From Eledone cirrhosa (taxonomy: Eukaryota), in NCBI GenBank assembly GCA_964016885.1, contig OZ024758.1:24056001-24120000 (forward strand): 64,000 nucleotides of DNA, in the 5' to 3' direction. The position numbers and the translations under genes were made by a program. Positions 59,149 through 64,000 of the stretch are shown here, in pieces (the first letter of the stretch is position 1; the number at the start of each line of letters is the position of its first letter). Below the pieces are notes generated by a model. It was not told the DNA's origin and searched no databases. It was given only the letters and a program-made list of their open reading frames with translations.

Positions 59149-60741
59149 GAGTTATGCTTTTAACAACATCAACTAGGAATGAACTCGAAGATATAATCGA
59201 AATCTGTCGGTATACTCAGACGTGGTTTTTCCACAGATAGACATCAAATAAAACAAATGTAGATAAACCACTGGTGAAAATATGTAATGTCTTGAATTTA
59301 TATTGAAACATTGAGAGAAAATATGTAATCTATATTGAAACATTGAGAGAAAATATGTAATCTATATTGAGAAAATATGTAATCTATATTGAAACATTGA
59401 GAGTCTAATTTCATTTAAATGATACGAGTATTTATCTTATATAGGAAAATTCTTTTGATAGGTTTTTATAAAATCTCTCCCCTCTCTCTTTATTATCAAT
59501 TCAATACAATATTATTAACATTCGAAGTGGAATAATATTATTTATATTGATGGAATATATTTATTGTAAACATACAAATGAGAGATTTATGTATGATTAT
59601 ATTTTAAGTTAATAACCAAAGCACTAGGAAATTTTCAAAAAATAAACTTTATAACATTTTATCTTTAAAACATTACGCACAATGTCAAAAATATATTTCC
59701 AAAATTAGTCGTGATATGGCGTCTCACATTCTAGTCTATTAGTAAGAACTAATGTATCTTGTGGAAGTTGAATGTATGGAGAGCCCTCTGTTAGGTGAAT
59801 GTTATGTAGCAGAATTACTACATTATAATGTAAAGTAATAGCACTTATGTAGCTACAATATCCAAATAAACTAGAGAACTATAGAAATGCAAACTATAGA
59901 AATGTCTATGTATGTGTGTTGGCATGTGTATTTGGTCCGAGATTTAATATGTTGGCATGTGATTTGTCTGAGATTTAATATGTCTTTATGAAGTTATAAT
60001 TCTTACAATACTCTACAAATGCACACTGCCATTATATATAAGATAGCTTTGGTTAGACAGTATACATAGGAAAAACATAACTCAATACATAGGTAGAGTC
60101 AGATATAGATATTTTGTTATAGCTTTGAACCTATACCAGTGTACCCGAACATATGATGCGGCTTCTTGGTTATAATAAAAATATTTAAAATTAGAATATC
60201 TAGTTCCTCGGGTAGAGCAACCTTCAACAAAACTGCTAGTAATTGTAATAATACATTAGAAAAGACGGATTTAAAGCATGAGCAGCAAAGACACAATTAC
60301 ATTATCTAGTTTAATCTCCCATAAAAAGCTATATATGAAATATAGCTTGAAATAACTTAGCACTTTTAGTTATTGAGGTGTTGCTGCATGTGTGATTACA
60401 GTTAGGAAACTTATAAGGACATCAAAGTAAAGCATTGAAATAGATCAACAAGGAAACTGCTGATTAAGATGTTTTTATTCCTGTCATGGAATACAACGAA
60501 ACCTTGCAGCAAATAATAACACAACAGGAATAGTTAAATGTTTAAAATAAAGATTAGTTACAAGTATGAAAGTATTTGGCTGAGAGTGAGTGAGTGAGTG
60601 AGTGAGTGAGTGAGTGAGTGAGTGAGTGAGTGAGTGAGTGAGAGAGTGCACAGGGACGTGACTTGAGAAAAGACATCACTTTGAGACATGACAGATTTAG
60701 TAACCTTAGTGTCATGAAACAGTTCTAGCCGCGTCGAAGCC

Positions 60742-60791
<50 letters not shown>

Positions 60792-61199
60792 ATGTGTGTA
60801 TGTGTGTATGTGTGTATGTGTGTATGTGTGTGTGTGTGTATGCATGCATGCATGCATGTATGTATGTATTATGTGTGTGTGCGTATACCGAGACGCATAC
60901 ATATATAGATATGTGTGCGAGTGCAGGGTGTGTATATATGTATATATGTTCGTATGTCTGAAGTTGTGGTCGGATGCACGATGGAAACTAACAGTAGATG
61001 CTACTAATTATAGTACATATTTGACCCATGTATTAATATGGTAGACTTTATTCTTAGCCATACTTGGTGAGACGTGTTCTGCGATATGGCAACACTTAGT
61101 CTTCGTGGCTTCGTTCATATAATTCACAATACTTTATCTCAATATATTTGAAACCTTTCGTAATAAATATTCAGCAATCCAATATAATAACATCCATCG

Positions 61200-61365
61200 T
61201 ATATGAGTGTGTGTGTGTGTGTGTATGTGTGTGTATATATACATATATATATATATATATACATACACACACATATGGTATATCTGTAGATGTGTGTGTA
61301 TGTATATACATACACACACACACACATCTACAGATATACCATATATGTGTGTGTATGTATGTATT

Positions 61366-61396
<31 letters not shown>

Positions 61397-61416
61397 ACAT
61401 ATCTACAGATATACGA

Positions 61417-61499
<83 letters not shown>

Positions 61500-61519
61500 A
61501 TCGTATATCTGTAGATATA

Positions 61520-61580
<61 letters not shown>

Positions 61581-61587
61581 GTGTGTA

Positions 61588-61658
<71 letters not shown>

Positions 61659-61704
61659 ATATATATATATATATATATACATACATTGTATATCTGTAGA
61701 TATC

Positions 61705-61766
<62 letters not shown>

Positions 61767-62013
61767 CACACACACATCCTATATCTGTAGGTATATGTGT
61801 GTATATATATATAACGAAGGAAATGTGGTAAGGAACCAGATGGACCATTACGCACCAAAGTACTCAATACTTAGGGTAGTAGAGTGGGTAATAGGAAAAA
61901 GTAAAAAGTATGACCACGACGGCAGAGTTCAAGCCGTTTCGACGGCTATTTCTGGACTACACAGAAATAGCCGTCGAAACGGCTTGAGTTCTGCCGTCGG
62001 GGTCATACTTTTT

Positions 62014-62069
<56 letters not shown>

Positions 62070-62070
62070 T
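61200..62070. repeat. (TA)/(TG)/(CA) mosaic with ATCTGTAGA in both orientations
   Basis: Direct. Confidence 0.85.
61891..62018. repeat. Fold-back inverted repeat, ~57-bp arms, 7-nt spacer, in (TA)n
   Basis: AAAGTATGACC..GTTTCGACGGCTATTTCTG / CAGAAATAGCCGTCGAAAC..GGTCATACTTT. Confidence 0.9.
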
Positions 62071-62469
62071 GAGTATAACGTTTTATAAAATGTTTCTAGT
62101 TCTGTCTTTCCCTCTTTCATTCTATCTTGCTGTATGTCTCTCTCACTATCTCTCTCCCTCTGTCTCTCTCACTATCTTGCTATCTATCTATCTATCTATC
62201 ACTATCTTGTTATCTATTTCTCTCTCTGTCTCTCTCTCACTATCTCTCTATCTCTCCCTGTCCCTCTCTCTCCCTGTCCCTCTGGCTCTCTCACTATTTC
62301 TCCCTGTCTCTCACTCTTTCTTGCTACCTATTTCCCTCTGTCCCCCTCATGTTATCTACTTATCTGTCTCTCTTCCTTATCTCTCTCCCTTACGACAACG
62401 TTACTATCAACTCATTAATATAATAGTGTTCTCTAATTTCTCTGATTTCAATTGCCATAACTAATCTAG

Positions 62470-62566
62470 TTAGCCATTCATGTCTTCCACTTCAGCTCAT
62501 CCGTTGTCCGCTGTTTAAACTCCGTGGAATTATTATTCCGTACCTTCGCGTAGGTCATGCATAACC
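62470..62566 (-). mobile_element. Short LINE 3' coding remnant
   Basis: VRNNNSTEFKQRTTDELKWKT resembles RTE/L2 C-termini. Confidence 0.35.
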
Positions 62567-62587
62567 TCTCTCTCTCTCTCGCCAGAG

Positions 62588-62633
<46 letters not shown>

Positions 62634-62674
62634 TAAAGGTTTACACACATATATATATATATAAAGGTTTACAT

Positions 62675-62707
<33 letters not shown>

Positions 62708-62765
62708 GTGTTTTGCAACGGGTCACTTTGTGGCTCAATGAAAAGTTAAATTAAATAATCAGAGC

Positions 62766-62851
62766 TATATATCATAAAACATGTCTATAGAATCACTAGA
62801 TATGGTATATATTTTATCTGGTGATTCTATAGACATGTTTTATGATATATA
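62766..62851. repeat. Fold-back inverted repeat, ~37-bp arms, 12-nt spacer
   Basis: ATCATAAAACATGTCTATAGAATCAC / GTGATTCTATAGACATGTTTTATGAT. Confidence 0.9.
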
Positions 62852-63589
62852 TATAAACATAAATTATCGAGATTCGCATTTCGGCCCAGGAAATAACGAA
62901 AAACAACCTCCGAGATGTGCGGCAAGTGCTCAATGATTCAGATGAACCAGAGCTATAACAAACGTTAAAGGCCAAACACACTGAGACGATGGTTAAACAA
63001 TCATTCGCATAGTCCCCAAAAAAACGATCAAGTAATGCGGGTATTGAAAATTTACCCGGGCCCCTGGAAGGTTGGTAAAATCCAGTATATGGGTTTCTGC
63101 GGCTCCTAAATCAAGTACCGTCCGCTTACATAAATAATGTCAGGCTTCTGGTAAGATGATTGAACAAGAAAGCCACTTTCTCAACAGGTTTTAGTTCAAT
63201 GTTAATACAAGGACTGACTATTGCTGACCCCACGTGGGGATCGGCAAGGGAGGCAACCCCTATATCAAGCGAATGAATTCAGTTGTGTATGTTTTTGCAA
63301 GAATGCAAAAATATCACAAATCGAATAGAGTTCTTAACAGAAGGGTTAAAATTAACATAAGCTATTCATCAGTCAATAGAATCAACTAAAAAAAAATCAA
63401 GAAAATTAATAAAAACAATGAAATAAAAACAAAGAACAAGTTCCTTATATTAAAAAATTCATCATTTTACGATCGTTTCTGGGATGTATGTGTGTTGGTA
63501 TGTATATCATAAATATATGTAAAAATATTACAAATTATCTGAGGAAATATACATACCTTCACATATACATGCCATCCTCATATATATAA

Positions 63590-63733
63590 TATATTAACAA
63601 ATGGAAACTATATTTATAAAACCATATTTATTTTATTATACATATTTCAAGGGCCACCAAGGCAAATTATGGTGCGCTTTCATCAGATAAAATACAATAC
63701 AATTTGTTGAATCCCAACAAATTAAATATAACC

Positions 63734-63740
<7 letters not shown>
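63590..63740 (-). mobile_element. Miniature version of the 6635-7460 element
   Basis: 5' hairpin ATTTGTTGG..CAACAAAT joined directly to TGTATTTTATCTGATGAAAGCG and the same 3' end. Confidence 0.7.
63633..63690 (-). ncRNA. Type-I hammerhead ribozyme, same family as 7361-7414
   Basis: ttat CTGATGA AAGCGCACCA taatttgcct TGGTGGCCCTT GAAA TATGTATA ataa. Confidence 0.72.
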
Positions 63741-63782
<42 letters not shown>

Positions 63783-63889
63783 CTGTGTGAGAGAGTCTCG
63801 GGCTCAATTGGGGGTAACCACAGCTAGTAAATGAATTCTAGTCCTGTAAAATTCATTTCTATATCAAACTTTATATATATATATATATA

Positions 63890-64000
63890 ATGTTTCTTAT
63901 ATAGACACAGGGCCAGCAATTGTGGTGCAGGGGAAAGTCGATTAAATCGACCCCAGTGCGTGACTGGTACTTTATTTTATCGACCCCAAAGGATGAAAAG
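63890..64000 (-). mobile_element. SINE A long variant, cut by the window end
   Basis: Tail plus Meta core. Confidence 0.8.

Overview
This is a 64-kb AT-rich, repeat-saturated eukaryotic window. By inference it comes from an octopus or other cephalopod, based on tRNA-derived Meta/MESC-domain SINEs and kilobase (TA)n arrays. No host protein-coding gene could be supported, and nearly all long ORFs in the track are microsatellite artefacts. Real coding remnants are all transposon-derived: a young Penelope-like element (PLE; RT thumb + GIY-YIG, with a ~1.1-kb inverted duplication, 26388-29217), R4/Dong-like and CRE-like restriction-endonuclease LINE ends, RTE and Tx1-like LINE ends, and mariner pieces. 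There are also about 30 SINE copies or fragments, several MITEs, and many minisatellites, several visibly born from TE ends. Three structures are not explained by the ORF track. (i) About a dozen minimal type-I hammerhead ribozyme motifs from several unrelated families, mostly beside (TA)n or other dinucleotide tracts. (ii) A recurring asymmetric fold-back architecture inserted in (TA)n at six sites. (iii) An apparent partitioning of microsatellite types among retroelement families. Coordinates were read by eye and may be off by a few bases.
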